DNA of 64,000 nucleotides from Basidiobolus meristosporus CBS 931.73 (GCA_002104905.1 MCFE01000178.1:62001-126000); one strand, 5' to 3'. Positions 36,639 to 50,008 are shown, counted from the stretch's first letter. Numbers and translations: made by a program. Notes: generated by a model from the letters alone, not told the origin.

Positions 36639-37863
36639 TGTGGCTAGGTTGACTGGAACCCTCCTAAGTTTGTTTAGAACGGTATACATGTTTCGTGTGT
36701 CATCCCGCGACTGTCTTACACGGGATCGATTTTGAAACACGCAATTGCGAATCTCAGGGGATCACCCGTTTGATATGCCACCAAACCACGGCACATGTAG
36801 AAATGGCCGAATACTCTCAGCCCAATGAAAGCTAGCATGCTGGTCGACTTTTTCAATAATAGATGTTCTCGAAGATGAATTGTGCTGCCTTGATTCCCCT
36901 GTGGGATGAACCGGTGTTTGTGCCATCTCACAGGCGGAATCAGGTGTTTAGGCATGGCATTCAAAGACTTCATATTGTATTTGCACCACCAGTCTACCGT
37001 AGTCACATTGGAATGCAGCCAGGGCCAAGTGACAAGCTTGCGCCTTGTTGGTGTGTTCAATAAACAGATCTGGCCTACTCGGCTCATCATTGTCGGGCAC
37101 TTACTGGGTTGCCAAGGAGGTGTTGCTCCAGCCATACTCGGCTGGGTTGAAGGGAAGGCCCGCAAGCCCAGTCATACAACTGACCTAACCCCTACTTCGT
37201 GGTCGCAGCGGGATCCCTTTCGGAAAACAGCATCGCACCATACAAGGTGGCAGTTGGACCTCTCCTTGAATCTCACTGGAAATGTTCCAGAGCTCCATAC
37301 AGAGATCTCCAGTTGGCTCTGAATCTGCTGATACTTCTCTGGATATCACAGTCTCTTACATGGCCTGTAACGGACGCACGTCGCGAATGGGCCAATTGTT
37401 TATGAGTGGCGATACTTGTATTTCAACAAATGCACCAGAAATCACTTCAATCAACTCTACCAATGGTCGTCGAAAAGGATGAATCGCTGTTGATGCGCAC
37501 ACTTGCCTGGTACCAATCAAATGTGGCCCATCAACAGCAATCCCGATTTACGACGGAAGGTGTCGATCATGTAAACGGTCTGGGTGTCATGAAGGCGTGA
37601 TTCAGGGTGTGAGGTGCGAGGGCAAGTGGATTACTACAGGGGCGATGATGATCTCGATTCATTAATTTATTAGAAAAATATCGATTGGGAAATATACATA
37701 GAGGATTCGATCAATCAGACGATCAATCAGCCTATAGCCATAAGTGAAACGATGAATTGGTTGTGAGGATAGTTGTGATACGATCTAATGGTTACGTTCT
37801 CATCTCATATACATGCCTGATAAGAGGTTAACTAGGATCTGATGCATGCCAAGGCGCTCGTGC

Positions 37864-40372
37864 TCAAGAGGGTTCGCCCATGCTGGATGGCGACCACATC
37901 CCTTGCATGTTCATTTGGTTCACGCCATTCGTGTGCGAGTTATCCAGCATATTTTGGTCCATGTATTTGTTCCATTCTTCGACATCCATGGACATCGGGA
38001 AGCTATTGAAGAACAGCGGGCTCTCATTGATGCCGACGTTGTTGGGCGGGACACTCATGTATGGCTGCACATTGTTGGGATAGAGCGGGAGCTGGTTAAC
38101 GGGTGTGTAGCCGATGTTGTTGCCGTCGTTATGGGGGGTATTGCTATACATGGAGTCCGCAAGGTTGAAGTTGTTGGGGTTGTTCACGTTGGGCGTAAAG
38201 TCGAATGAGTTTTCAACATACCCAGCGATGGCTGGCTGTGATACCGTGCTAGCAGGGCTAAGCATGACCGGAGAACGTCCAATGCTGTCCGAGGAGCCTG
38301 GAGTGTGTGCCGAGTGGCGGACGGAATACTCGGAGAGCAGCAGCATCACATCCGAATCGTTTCTTTTCGAGGGAACCGGCAGGATGTTGGATGGGTTGGG
38401 GCACGGAATCTCGTTCTCCAAAAGCTCGGGCACCAAATTGCCCCGGTCACCGATGGTGATTTTCCGCTCGCTGAAGAGCTCTTTCAAGAAGACCAGACAT
38501 GCGGTGGCTCCGAAAGAAGACATCGAGTACTTTTCGAGAATGTCAATGCTGACCACTAGATTGATGCGCGCTGCCTGAGCCAAGGCACGAATAGGCGAGA
38601 AGATGTTGAAGAGATATACACTGTTCGAGTTGTACACCCCAATCACCTTCAAAGGTATTCCGGTGATACGGTTCTCTTGTAGTGCCCGATCCTGCATGAA
38701 GGTGATCATGTTCGCAGCCCGAGTGCAAATGGCAAGCGATGGCTGGTTGTCGAGGGTCTTGATTTGGTCGAGCTTTGGCAGGAAAGGGCGATGCAGAAGT
38801 ATAAGGACCGTGTAGTAGAGCGTGCATATGATCTCGGCAAATGGGGTGTTGGCGCTGCTTCTGACGTTGTAATCGAATTCCGAGGGCAGGGCAGATTTCC
38901 ACTCGTACAGCGCCTTGTTAAGCACTATGAGCATAGAGCTAACCCTAGAGGAAGATAGAGTGCGCACGGCATATATGGTCTTTAGAACTCTTCCGAAAAT
39001 GAAGCTGAGCTTGATCAGCTGCACAAAGTATCTCAACGAGACATCCGAGTGCGCCTGCTGGGGGGATGGCAGCTCTTGACTGTTGTCGCTGGACATGGAT
39101 GCCCCTCTATGAAACCCGGTTGGCTCTTCTTCACTGGTGTACACCAGCTTGGTGTCGAAGTCGTTCTCGTCGATCGAGATTGGTCGACCAAGGCTAGCAC
39201 TGATAATCCGATCCACCACAAAGCATGCCCACCACACACGCTTTCTGTTCTCAATTTCTATGAAATCCATGTTGCTGCGAGAGGCTTTCTTCAGATGGCG
39301 ATGCAGGCCTATGTCTTGAGCCATCCGGATGGCCATTCCCAGGAACAACCACCCATCGCTAGAGAAAATTGACATCAACAGCAGCGCTTGGACAGTGGTC
39401 ACCCGCGAGACTCGATACTGCTTGTCCAGCAGGTTCTTGGCGCGGTTGAAGAAGACGTCTCCCGACGAGCCGACCTTGGTAGGATTTGAGTATAGATCGC
39501 TATTTCCGGAATGGATACAGGCGATGGCCAATGCGGCATTGACTAGGATAGCTGGGGGCTTGTCATTGCTGTAAATTCTTCTTAGGAAATCCCCTTTGTG
39601 AAATAAGGGCAGATATGGGTGGAATCTTTCAAAATAGATTTCTAGAAGCTGGCTGAGCATCTCAGGAGTGAGGAAATCAATTGAAGGGTCGCACATAAGC
39701 TCAAACTCGATCTCTGGATTGCTTGAGCCGCCAGGCGCTTTCAGGTATTTCTTTTCGAACAAGGTGCTGTTCTTGTAGAACTTCCCCTGATTCAGCAGAT
39801 ACATGCCAGAGCTTGGGCCGAAGTATCTACACCGGTTTCGGTCTTCAAGGCTAAGGTTATGCACGCTAGCTTCGAGCTCGTCGTCTTCGCTCTCACTATA
39901 TTTGGGGCACCATTGATGTTAACAAGTGATGAATAAAAGTGGCATAATATCCCTCCTACTCTGATATGGGGACGTCCTCGATGTCGTCAGGCACTAGAAA
40001 TTGCTCTTCCACCGGCTCTTTTTTAAGCTTGGCAAGGGACAGCCGCTCCTCCTCGCCTAAGGGGTCGCTTAGTCCCTGCAATTGTGCAAGAAGATTCTGT
40101 GCAATCGTAGGCTGCGTCTGGACGAGTTTATTTACTGTCGATTCGATCTGCATCAGTCGAGATTCTAACACTTCATTAAAATCTCTATATGAAGTGCGTC
40201 GATTGAGTGAATCGGTATAGGTACAATCGTAATCAAACAAGAAGCAACTTTTGCATTTTGGCTTCGCTCCGTCGCACTTGACTTTTCTCTGGCGACACAT
40301 GTCACAAGCTCTCCCTATCCTTCTCCTTCTCTGGGGAACCGGACCTGTGGTTTGCTCATTCTTAGAGGCCAT
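37864..40372 (-). CDS. Zn(II)2Cys6 (GAL4-type) transcription factor with fungal-specific middle homology domain
   Basis: RACDMCRQRKVKCDGAKPKCKSCFLFDYDC binuclear cluster in exon 1 (40372-39960). Intron 39959-39896. Exon 2 has YFGPSSG, YFERFHPYLPLFH, AIRMAQDIGLHR and RKRVWWACFVVDR, then an N/P-rich tail. Confidence 0.95.
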
Positions 40373-41706
40373 ATTGTTCTGAACGATGGTTAAACAGCAG
40401 AGAGAAAATAATCTAAGTATACTTCATATAACATATGAGAATCTTATGCATGATTCACCATACCTGGTAACCCATATTCAGACTGCCAAATCGAAGGATT
40501 TTTTTGGCCCGGGATTTTAAATGGGCCTTCCTGTATGGGAAAATTGAAGCGTTCACATTGTTCCAAGTGATCCTGACTGATCCTCGATGTCTCTACAGTA
40601 ACCCAAGAACATTCCGGTGTTCGCTATTTGTTTGTGTTAGGTCCAAGTAGCCCAGCAAGCTCAAACAGGTACCCTTCTACCTGATGCTAGCCATGATTCA
40701 GGCTAAATCCGGATCTTTCGGAGTTCAGCTCAGTGTGGTCTTTCTCAACCGGGCTAGAGGCTACCCCGCCCTTGATTGATCTCATGGAGCGATCAGGCGA
40801 TTAATTCCTCACCCGACTTCGATCGAAGCCATGATCGATCACCGCCGGGGAATGCACTACATCTTCGTGACAGTGTCTGTGATTAGGTCATGCTGAGTAC
40901 AGACTTCGCCCCTCCTGCCACACGTAATGATGAATCTGGGCAAGACACAAGAGCATGAAGCCGCACCGCGCGGATACAGACAGATGGCAATTACCTGGTG
41001 TGCGCATTTTCTAGGATTCGGAATCACACGTGTGAAACATGATGTCACCACTACCTACTGCAACATGCTATCAAGTATGGGGTACGCTGTTGCTAAATTG
41101 ACATATTGTACAGTCACATCAAGGCCGGATCAAAGTCACCCTTGACAACCAATGGCAGGCGTAGAGGGTGGAGCCTAAATTGAAAAACAACGACCACGTA
41201 TAGGGATTCCTCGATATATCTCCATGACTCTGTAGAACCTTCCTCTATCTAGCCACCAGGCGTGGACTGCTCATTTCCGTGCCAGCGACTCTACCTCAAT
41301 ATGTCACATTTATGGTAGGAGGCGATGTATCTTTGCATTCGGTCACCAGTCATCTGTCTTGATTTCTATTGGATACATCACACGGCTTCAGGATCAGCTT
41401 TTTAACATTGCGATGATGCCTGAAGATGCTCAATTTTACTCAGGGCTTAAACCAGATCTCCTGCGTCTGAGTCGAGACCAATCCACTTGCAAGTCGAAAA
41501 CCGAAACGGAGATACAAAGATGAGTACATCAAACCGCATCACGTGATTTGCGGCAAACCTTATTTAAGCCTCGTTGAAACAAGGGGATAAAGTAGCACCA
41601 TCATTTCAGATTTTGCCTGACTATTAAATCACGCCTCCTGGATCCACGTCGCCTTACTTGTTACCCACAACCTTGTCTCCCTGAGCATTTCTACACCGCG
41701 ACCACA

Positions 41707-42627
41707 ATGGAGTCATCATCGCTACGATCCCCCCAAAACGTAAACGACGTTCTAGCATCCAAGAAATTCACAGACGAGCAACTCGCTACACAGCTTGAAA
41801 GTATGCCTTCAGAGATGCGCAAGGTCTCCATAGATGGCGTAGTCCCAGATTCGGACGAAGAGAAAGAGAGGAAACCATCGGTGACATTTGTTGAAGATCA
41901 AGCATTAGAGCATGACGTTGACGCCGAGTCGGACTTCTCAGCCTCACCAATCATGTCGGTCAGCATTAGTGGCGAGCAAATACCACACGATGTACTGGTA
42001 GCCATGAGAGACCGTGATGCGGAAATGCGAGAGCTGGTATCTCTAAACAAAGAGTTTTTCGGAATGATCCGGCGCTCCCTTGATTCCAGGGAAACTTGGA
42101 GAATGTTCTTGGGCATCATATATTCCCCAAGAGAGCGCCTGCCAGACAAGATCTGGATTGAGAAGATCCAAAGCCTCCTCCACCATGCACCCTCCATGCT
42201 ACATAAATTCTACGAATTGGTAGGCTATGACGCCGTCATGTGGGATGGCTACTACGAGGAGGAGAATGATGAGCCTGATTTTGAAGAGATCAGCATTCTG
42301 GCCGTCCGCGATCTGACCGACACATCTCTAACGCAGTTCGAGCAATCTTATCCGCAATTCTTTATTAATGTACATGAGCATCTGCAACAGCGCAATCCCA
42401 AGGATGCGGAAGAAGAGTACGCTGCATTCAAGAAGACCCTCTTCTGCAAAAGAGAGGAGCTCAGCGACTACGATTGGATCAGCTCCATAGAGCAGTTTTT
42501 CAATGGATCGCCGACCTTGGAATCTCAGCTGAAAGAGCTGATTGCATATGAGATCGAGAATGACGAGTCTGAGAGCGGAGAGCCGGTCATGGATATGGAA
42601 GAAAAGATATTAAATGATTTTGAATGA
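41707..42627 (+). CDS. Acidic hypothetical protein (306 aa) with two helical PAH/HHD-like repeats
   Basis: Uninterrupted ATG-started 306-codon ORF with coding-like composition. Two similar blocks (42052-42228 and 42355-42549). The domain assignment is by eye. Confidence 0.8.
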   Translation: MESSSLRSPQNVNDVLASKKFTDEQLATQLESMPSEMRKVSIDGVVPDSDEEKERKPSVTFVEDQALEHDVDAESDFSASPIMSVSISGEQIPHDVLVAMRDRDAEMRELVSLNKEFFGMIRRSLDSRETWRMFLGIIYSPRERLPDKIWIEKIQSLLHHAPSMLHKFYELVGYDAVMWDGYYEEENDEPDFEEISILAVRDLTDTSLTQFEQSYPQFFINVHEHLQQRNPKDAEEEYAAFKKTLFCKREELSDYDWISSIEQFFNGSPTLESQLKELIAYEIENDESESGEPVMDMEEKILNDFE

Positions 42628-44674
42628 TTCTCTAGTCCTCTTACCTTAATGACTGGCAGTACGTGTAAATGACTATTATAATTAACTATTAAACAATGAT
42701 AATTTACTTCCTGACTTGCACCGATGCATCAGTAATCTAGAAGACACCGTTCATGTCATATTGAGGTCATCCATTTATTGTTGAGGTCATTATCAGGGCG
42801 GAGGTTGAAGCCCAAGAATGACGAGACCAAGTGGCAAGCAAGCCTTACGCACTTGAGCCGAAATTGATTCGGCCCGATAAGGCTCGGATCCAGGATCGGG
42901 CCTTTCGCTGGGATCCAATTTAAACAAAACGCTACCAACTGACTAGGCCTTCTAGACTCCATACGGTAGAAGGAACCCAGGGAGTCTCTGCCAAGTCATT
43001 CGTATGTTGGGAATTCCATTTATTCATCTGGACACGAATTTATATCGACCACCACTCTCCAAGAACAGAGACGCTATGGATCCTCCCGAAGACCGCCAAT
43101 TTCCCTAGCATCTGGTTTTGTTGACGTATACTGAGATGATGTCTGTCTGCGGTGCAAATCAGAGCCATACTGGATCTCATGACGGTGTTAATCATGCGTA
43201 TATTTTGGGCGCGTACCACTGTGACCACCCAAGCCATATATGTATGCGCCCCATATTTATCCACCAAAGTTGTCAGACCTGTGGCTCCAATGGAAACAGC
43301 ATAGCATCCATCAACCAAATCGTATCAAGCGTGCGGTCATTTTGGAAATCTGATAGTCAGTGGAGTGCTGTCTTGTGGGCTTGGCAATGGAAGTCCTACC
43401 ATCCGTTTGTGGCCTACATATCTTGCTGATTTTGAGTGCAATCCGCTGATACATGATCATGGACCAACCGGAATATACTGGTTGGCTTAGGTGCCTGGCC
43501 CATAACGTCCACTGGACACCCTGAAATAGCAGGAGCGCAACCTATTTCTTTGGTAGGCTCTACCTAACAACTGATTTTTCATTTCCCAAGCACTTATATG
43601 GGGTATAATGTAGATCATGCATTGTGGGCTAATGTCACCGCCCATTCCTACGTTAAATACAGTAAATTTCGGATGGCTGACGGCAGGTTGGTTGGCGACG
43701 ATATCTCCCGTTTATTCATGGAGGTGCCCTGTTCTCACGAAGAGATGATAAGCAGCACTGCAAAGCTGATGTGATTCATCCAAGTGTCGAGGGACCCAAG
43801 GCTTCAAGCGAATCCCTGCTCAACCAAGGTTCTACGAGACCACGCCTTGATACCTCCCACTCATTGGTCAGGTGGGTGCTGGTTCTGATCCGGTCCCGGT
43901 CCCGGTCCTGCTCCCGAAACATTGCTGCGTTTGACACATCGTCCAAATTGGCCATGTTGCTGGTGAGAAATCACCAAACCACCATTTGGACAAGCGGTTT
44001 GGTCAACATCATAGAGATAATCAGCTGCGTGATAGATAAAAGAATGGTTAGCATCTTCGATTCCCAAGAGCGCATCCAGGGTCCGAGATTAAGAGAAAGA
44101 GTGTGTTGCAGCCGTCAAAGGAACGGCTATCACCATAGTTTCCGCGGAAATACATGAATATATTCCTGCCACTCCAGGCCTTCGAAGCCCATATGGTAGT
44201 CGAGATATGGGATGCAGGTTCTATTTCAGATGATATCGATGTTTCAGACATTTTCGTGGCTCAGAGGGCAACGGGGATTCAATGGTGTACCAACATCAGC
44301 CAGGCCAAACCACCACAGGTAGCTTATCATAGCCCCGCGACTACGTTTCTCAACATCTTTATTGCTATCTTGAGTATATACTTCGAGTTGGTCTCGCTTG
44401 AGAATACACGCCTTCAACTGACCACAAATTAAACTATACAGGTAATATTGGAGATACGAGATACCGCGTTAGATAATGTTCAGGTATCGGCATTCGTACT
44501 AGGTGAGGCCTAGTCTATTTCCATGGAGTATATCCGCGGCGAGGTATTGTCTACCAAACTTGGCGGCGGTTCCATCTCCCCAAAACTCTTGCAGGAGGGA
44601 GGAGACGGAGTGGAAAAGGAGTAGTTATCCTTAGAGTGACTAGTTGTCTACGATAAGGGAAGGCAGAGAAACAT

Positions 44675-45157
44675 TTAGTGGGCGGAAACAGAGGTACACC
44701 TTTTAACGACACCTACCGTGACACCGTTTGCGGGCGTTTTTTTGGACTCGGTGTCCTTCATTGGGTTGTGTGACTTTGCCTTTCGACTGGCCTTGCTGGT
44801 TGCGTAATTCTCGCCAACTTCCTTCAAGGTTTCCCCGCTGCTCAAGTCAAAGATGCGAACCCCCTGGGAAAAACGAAAGGTTGCTAATGTAGAGTGCAGG
44901 AGCTCCTGTTCGGTGGGCGGAGGTGGACTGATACTAGTCTTGGTATCTACCTGTGAGGTCCGTGGGCGTTTGACCGGTCTTGAGGGATGCTTCGGGGGGA
45001 TTTCTACAAAGTGGGACCGTTTACGCTTGAATTTTAGCGGGCTATGCGACACAACGGCAGAGAGGTCAAGGTTTGAGTATTCATGTGGAGAGTACGGGGA
45101 GCAACCCGTTGAGAAAAGGTTTCTCGATGGATAGGTGGGTGTTTGTGTCGATAGCAT
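44675..45157 (-). CDS. Hypothetical small basic Pro/Ser-rich protein
   Basis: Open frame 45229-44675, first ATG at 45157. Basic clusters KFKRKR and VKRPR, and a short structured-looking segment TLATFRFSQGVRIFDLSSGETLKEV. The 3-prime end may be spliced. Confidence 0.5.
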   Translation of the reverse strand: MLSTQTPTYPSRNLFSTGCSPYSPHEYSNLDLSAVVSHSPLKFKRKRSHFVEIPPKHPSRPVKRPRTSQVDTKTSISPPPPTEQELLHSTLATFRFSQGVRIFDLSSGETLKEVGENYATSKASRKAKSHNPMKDTESKKTPANGVTVGVVKRCTSVSAH

Positions 45158-46831
45158 ACTCAAGAGAGGGGGGCTGGGGGGGATGGGGCACTTTGGAACT
45201 GCAAATCCACACGGTATATGGGTTGACAAACAAGGCGTAACTGCCTCAGAAAAATCAGCAACAATAATGGGTTGAGACTAGGTGAAAATTGGGGGATGAG
45301 CAAGTCAGCACGTTGGCAACAAGAAATAGCAAGTCTGAGAAACCCGCTCAACCTGAGAAGCCGTCAATAGTGAACGGTTTTATTCCGGTGATAAAAAATT
45401 CGTTTCTTCCGATTATCAGCGTAACCATCGGCTTCCACATCAAAGGCGATCTTTTGTGACGAATGATTTCGATCCTAGCGAGTGGCGGTATTTGATCTGG
45501 TGGTAGGATGCTAGAAGATTCCAAAGCGTTGATCCAATCCATGCCTTAGCCGTAAAAAAATCGCCTTCAAATCAGAGCAGAAAATGCTGAGGCGGTATAT
45601 CAAATTCCCCAAATCTCGCAAACTTCCCAATTCACCAAGGTGGAAGTCTGATTTGCAGTGTGAACTGTGACCTCATTGAACACCATTGTTATGAACAAAG
45701 CGGTTTCAAGGTACAACAAAAAAAAGCCAATCAATGTTTCAGTTGGCTTGGAACGACCTCACGATATGAGCGTCAATCAGATTCGATCGCCCTTTGCAAT
45801 CGGGATACAATGGATATATTTAGTAACGAAGGTTGGGAAGCCTACCAACCGAGAATATTCCTTCGTTCACTCAGAAGGGCGGACATTCAATTAAAGCAGT
45901 ACTACTCCCCCCGCCTTCCCACCTCACTGTGGGATTTCCACCGTAGCTCCAGACAGTCACCGAGTGCGAATCCATGCTGCCACTACATCACCTAGATAGG
46001 CACTGTGGTTGGGCATTCACGAGCTGGGTCACCCATCGATTGATCTCGAGGCCGGTCAACTCCAGTCTGGCGCAGGAGAGGAGAGACTGGCGTAGCACAA
46101 TGTAGTGGGGAATAAAGGGGTGGCTGCTGGTGTTCACACTTGGTTAGTCGTAATCAGCCAGGGGCGGTGGAGAGATACTGCTATTACGAACCGTGGATCC
46201 ATTGGATAGAACAACGTTGTCCAAAAGTAGGCTGTTCTAGATGTTGGTCACACACTGATAAATGCCTGTGTTTACAATAATACACGCGAAATCCTAGATC
46301 TTATCAGAGTTAATCCGCCCTATAGATTAAGACCAGTTGATAGGTACTAGAGGCAGGCTTGGTAGTCTGCTAAATGAAGAAATCGAATCATCATGGGTGA
46401 GATCGAGATTTTATGCCTGATCATGACTATGGTATGTGGACCCCTACGCGCTGGTCAAGTTGCCTGCATCACAGTGAAAAGATTGGTTTGCAGCATTGTT
46501 AGAGCGAACGCTCATTGCTCTGACATCATCATTTCCTAACCGACCGTTCTTCTCGGCCTTACAGATTGCTCGTATGCAGCAGGTTAGAATCAGCTTGGAA
46601 GGGACTGCACTGGTAAGGGTGCCTGGCTAACGTCGTAGCGATTCACCAGATTGACAAATTATGCATATTCTTCACGGATAATCCTCTACAGTCCTGTAAT
46701 GGCATGAGATGATCATGCAGGGGAGGCATTCCAAGTCTGCAGCGAAATGATGGAGCGTGCACTTCCATTTTTGAATAAAACTGGTGGGGATCCTAGGTTG
46801 TTGATCATCTGGTATTTCCCATCACCTTCCT

Positions 46832-47790
46832 ATGTCTGTGATCCACACGCTGTTCTATGTTTTCCTGTTGTGCTGTCCGTTGATAATGGGGCATATGGAG
46901 ATGATTGAACCTATTCCGCGAAGGTCGAAGTATGGGGCCGGCGATACTGCTGGGATTGATTATGATATGACTTCTCCTTTGGACAAAGAGGTGATTCAAA
47001 CCAACGTTTTCGCACGACCCATGGCCAACCTTGACTAATCATTCTGTAGAGACCGTATCCGTGCCGTGGCCACAGGGAAGGTCCTAGTGTTGCGGAGTAT
47101 TCGTCAGGAGGCTCCATAAGGGTCAAGCTGGCAGGAAGCGCCTCACATAACGGCGGTCACTGCCAATTTTCACTCTCGATAGATGGCGGGAAAACCTTCA
47201 TAGTAACCAAGACAGTGCTAGGAAACTGTATGGTTGGCAGTCTCGAGTACGATGTTCCCATTCCCAACACAGCCCCTAATGGAAAGGCCGTGTTGGGTTG
47301 GACATGGATCAACAAAACCGGTAATCGAGAGTATTACATGAATTGCGCAGATATAACCATCAAAGATGGTACTGGCCAATGCATCAGTGGCCCCAAGAAT
47401 TTTATCGCCAATCTCCCGGGCTATTCCGTTATTCCGGAATTTACCAAGGACAACGCATACGTAGATCATTTTCAAAACCGCCCCTATGTTACCTCTTGCT
47501 CTACAAATGGGGATTCTCATGCCACGCAAGCTGATCCTGATCAGGAGGTTGAGTCTGAATATACCAGAAACCAAGATCAAGATCCAAACTCAGGCTCTGG
47601 TTCTACAGCTAAGGAGCAGGGAAAGCACCCAGAAGATGAGGAAGCCTCAACTGGCGGGCCATGTGAGGTGCGCTGTATTGATGGCCCTGTATATCAAGTT
47701 TGCGGGCACGGAGGAATGACTCCGTTTCGCATGAGGTGTGCACCAGGGACAACATGTCGCAAGCAACAAGGGCAAATTTTTTGCTTGTAA
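46832..47790 (+). CDS. Secreted lytic polysaccharide monooxygenase, AA11-like (chitin), with C-terminal 6-Cys module
   Basis: 20-aa hydrophobic signal peptide followed by His (codon 46892). Intron 46991-47049. Motifs HMEMIEP..DMTSPL..YPC, ASHNGGHCQFSLS and WTWINKTGNREYYMNCAD. Acidic linker, then C..C..C..CAPGTTC..C. Confidence 0.88.
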
Positions 47791-48208
47791 CCTGGGAAGC
47801 CCCATAGACATCAATGCCTCCTATACCTAGCATCAGTCAATGTCATCCTTACAGTGGAACCTACGTTACACGAAATTTTGTCAGTCTTGCATCTACATAG
47901 CATTCATAGCGTTCATCCTCAGCAATTGCATACTAGCCACAATTTCCCCTCTGCATCAGCTCTGATCAATGGCCTATTTCAACAATTTGCGCCCATGATC
48001 CTCGCCAATATTGTTCTTTCTAAATACAGTCAAATCAACATTATCCCCAACTGACTGAAACTACTTTGGCATTTAGCTGGTGTTTTGCATTCAAACTTTC
48101 AATTGCAATTTTGGGGGAGGTAGTGAGCAGCTGATTACCAGATTTGGTGTGGATGCTAGTTGGCATAGTGTTCTCCTGGAAAATATGACTGCTTGTTTAC
48201 CAAATAGC

Positions 48209-48540
48209 TGTTGTAAAAATTCGTATTTCCACCTAAATATTCACCTAACTTAGTCACTTAGATCATTACCTTCAAATCCTAGAAAATACTGACCAAATTC
48301 CTTGTCGGGATTTACTTAGAATATTTACCCAGAACATGAAAATTTGATAAGTTGTTCAAACAGCCCCAAACTTTGCACACATGTTCTTGGGACCTTCCTT
48401 AACCTATTCTACGTGTTTGTAATGCCAAGACCAGGTAAAAGTACAAATACCACTTTTACATTCAATAAATCATTAAGTGAAAACCACATAATCTACTTGT
48501 TCTCCCAATCACTTCCAATATCTCCAAGACTCTTACAACA
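48209..48540 (+). repeat. Solo copia LTR (family A, 332 bp) with perfect TSD ATAGC
   Basis: TGTTG...CAACA termini. atagc at 48204-48208 and 48541-48545. Confidence 0.93.
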
Positions 48541-48544
48541 ATAG

Positions 48545-49480
48545 CTAGTACCTGAGGTATTGAGAGTGGTCAGTTATGAGAGCCTAGGAATTCCACTGAC
48601 ATTAAAATGGAATCCTGTTAGCCATTTCTTGATATTTTTCTTAGAGAATTGGAGCTTGTAAGAAGTATTTTGAGCAATGGATACCCTTTATATATCTTGC
48701 CAGTTCTTTCAGGTCTCTCAGATTCTTTGAAGGGCTCATTCAGCTTGAAATGCCCCATGTGTACCTTGGTCACTGGAATTGGGATATTGTTGAAGAGCAA
48801 ATGCATTGCTCCAGTCAAAAGCTTTTGCTCCAACTTACTCCCTTCATGTTAAATATATTTGACTTTTGATTGATTTCTTATTTGGCTTATTGGCCTGTGT
48901 TGCCACAGCTTTGCTGCAATTGCATGTTGACCTCTGTACATTTTGTCAGTGGAAAGATGACATACTGAACATTGGTGTGAATACATAAAATATGAGCAAG
49001 TTATAGAGTGAGTCCGCTAAATCTGACACATTTGGCTGCAAAACTATCCATTGTCCATAGAAAAGCTGATCAACATGTTGATATCTGGTGTATCTAGAAT
49101 GCAGTAAATGACATGTACTTTGTCATGCTAGCCATATATTAGTATCCCATTGGATAGCATACAAGTTCATCCAGTAATGACCACAGGTAGCCATCCAGAT
49201 TGGACAGAATCTTAGGCCCAGATATCAGTGAGACCACCATAAGATTACTGCTGTAATACCATAAGATTGGTGGCAGATTCAGGTTGGTGAGAATCAGTGG
49301 CCAGCAGGATTTGCTGGCAGAGTACTGCTTAATAATTATGCATCATATGTCAAGGCAAAGTCATGGTCATGTGAAAGATTTCAAAGTTGGAATTCATTGA
49401 ATACTAGTAGGTCTCAAGCTGATATTCTGTATGGTATTTTGCTGATACATAGCTAATGTTTCTGCTTCAAATTTTCAGTT
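48545..49480 (-). mobile_element. CACTA transposase remnant
   Basis: Minus strand LILTNLNLPP..VSLISGPKILSNLDGYLWSLLDEL, collinear with 8500-9000 and 56200-56700. Confidence 0.7.
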
Positions 49481-50008
49481 GCACTTTTGGGTGGAAATAA
49501 TGATCACCAGGCTTGGTGTGAATGCTAGTTTGCCCTATGAGAAATAATTTGATACTTACAAGTGGATTCATTCCCAATCAGCCATTAGGATCCTGCAATG
49601 AGGCCATCATAATGTCAGCAGCTTGGAATTGGTGACCCTCTGCACAATCTTACAACAAGATCATGATGGTGTTTTGCTGTTTTTACTGCCAAATATTGTC
49701 ATAAACTTCAGTGTTTCAATGGTATATTGTAAGGATTTCTATGGCATTCTGGAAGACTCAATGCAGTCTACATTTATTTGAGCAGACTTTGCCAGCTAGT
49801 ACATAGAATTGCCTTATATGGAGAGAAACCTAATGGTGTTTTGACAGACTTGATGTGGACCTTTGCTGGCATTATCATGGCAGTACAGTGGTCTACTCTA
49901 CCAATTTACAAGATGGTAGTTCATTTGTTGCCACCCCTGGTGTCATTCACATATTTACTGTGGAATTATGCCACTTTGTTTACATACCCATTACTAGCAT
50001 GGGTATTC

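Noticed and set aside
26915-40220. Numerous 60-160 aa ORFs antisense to or overlapping the SH3, chitin synthase, PAS and Zn2Cys6 genes
   Set aside because: These are shadow frames of GC-balanced coding sequence and contain no motifs.
43886-43908. (CCGGTC)x3 microsatellite
   Set aside because: Too short, with no context suggesting function.
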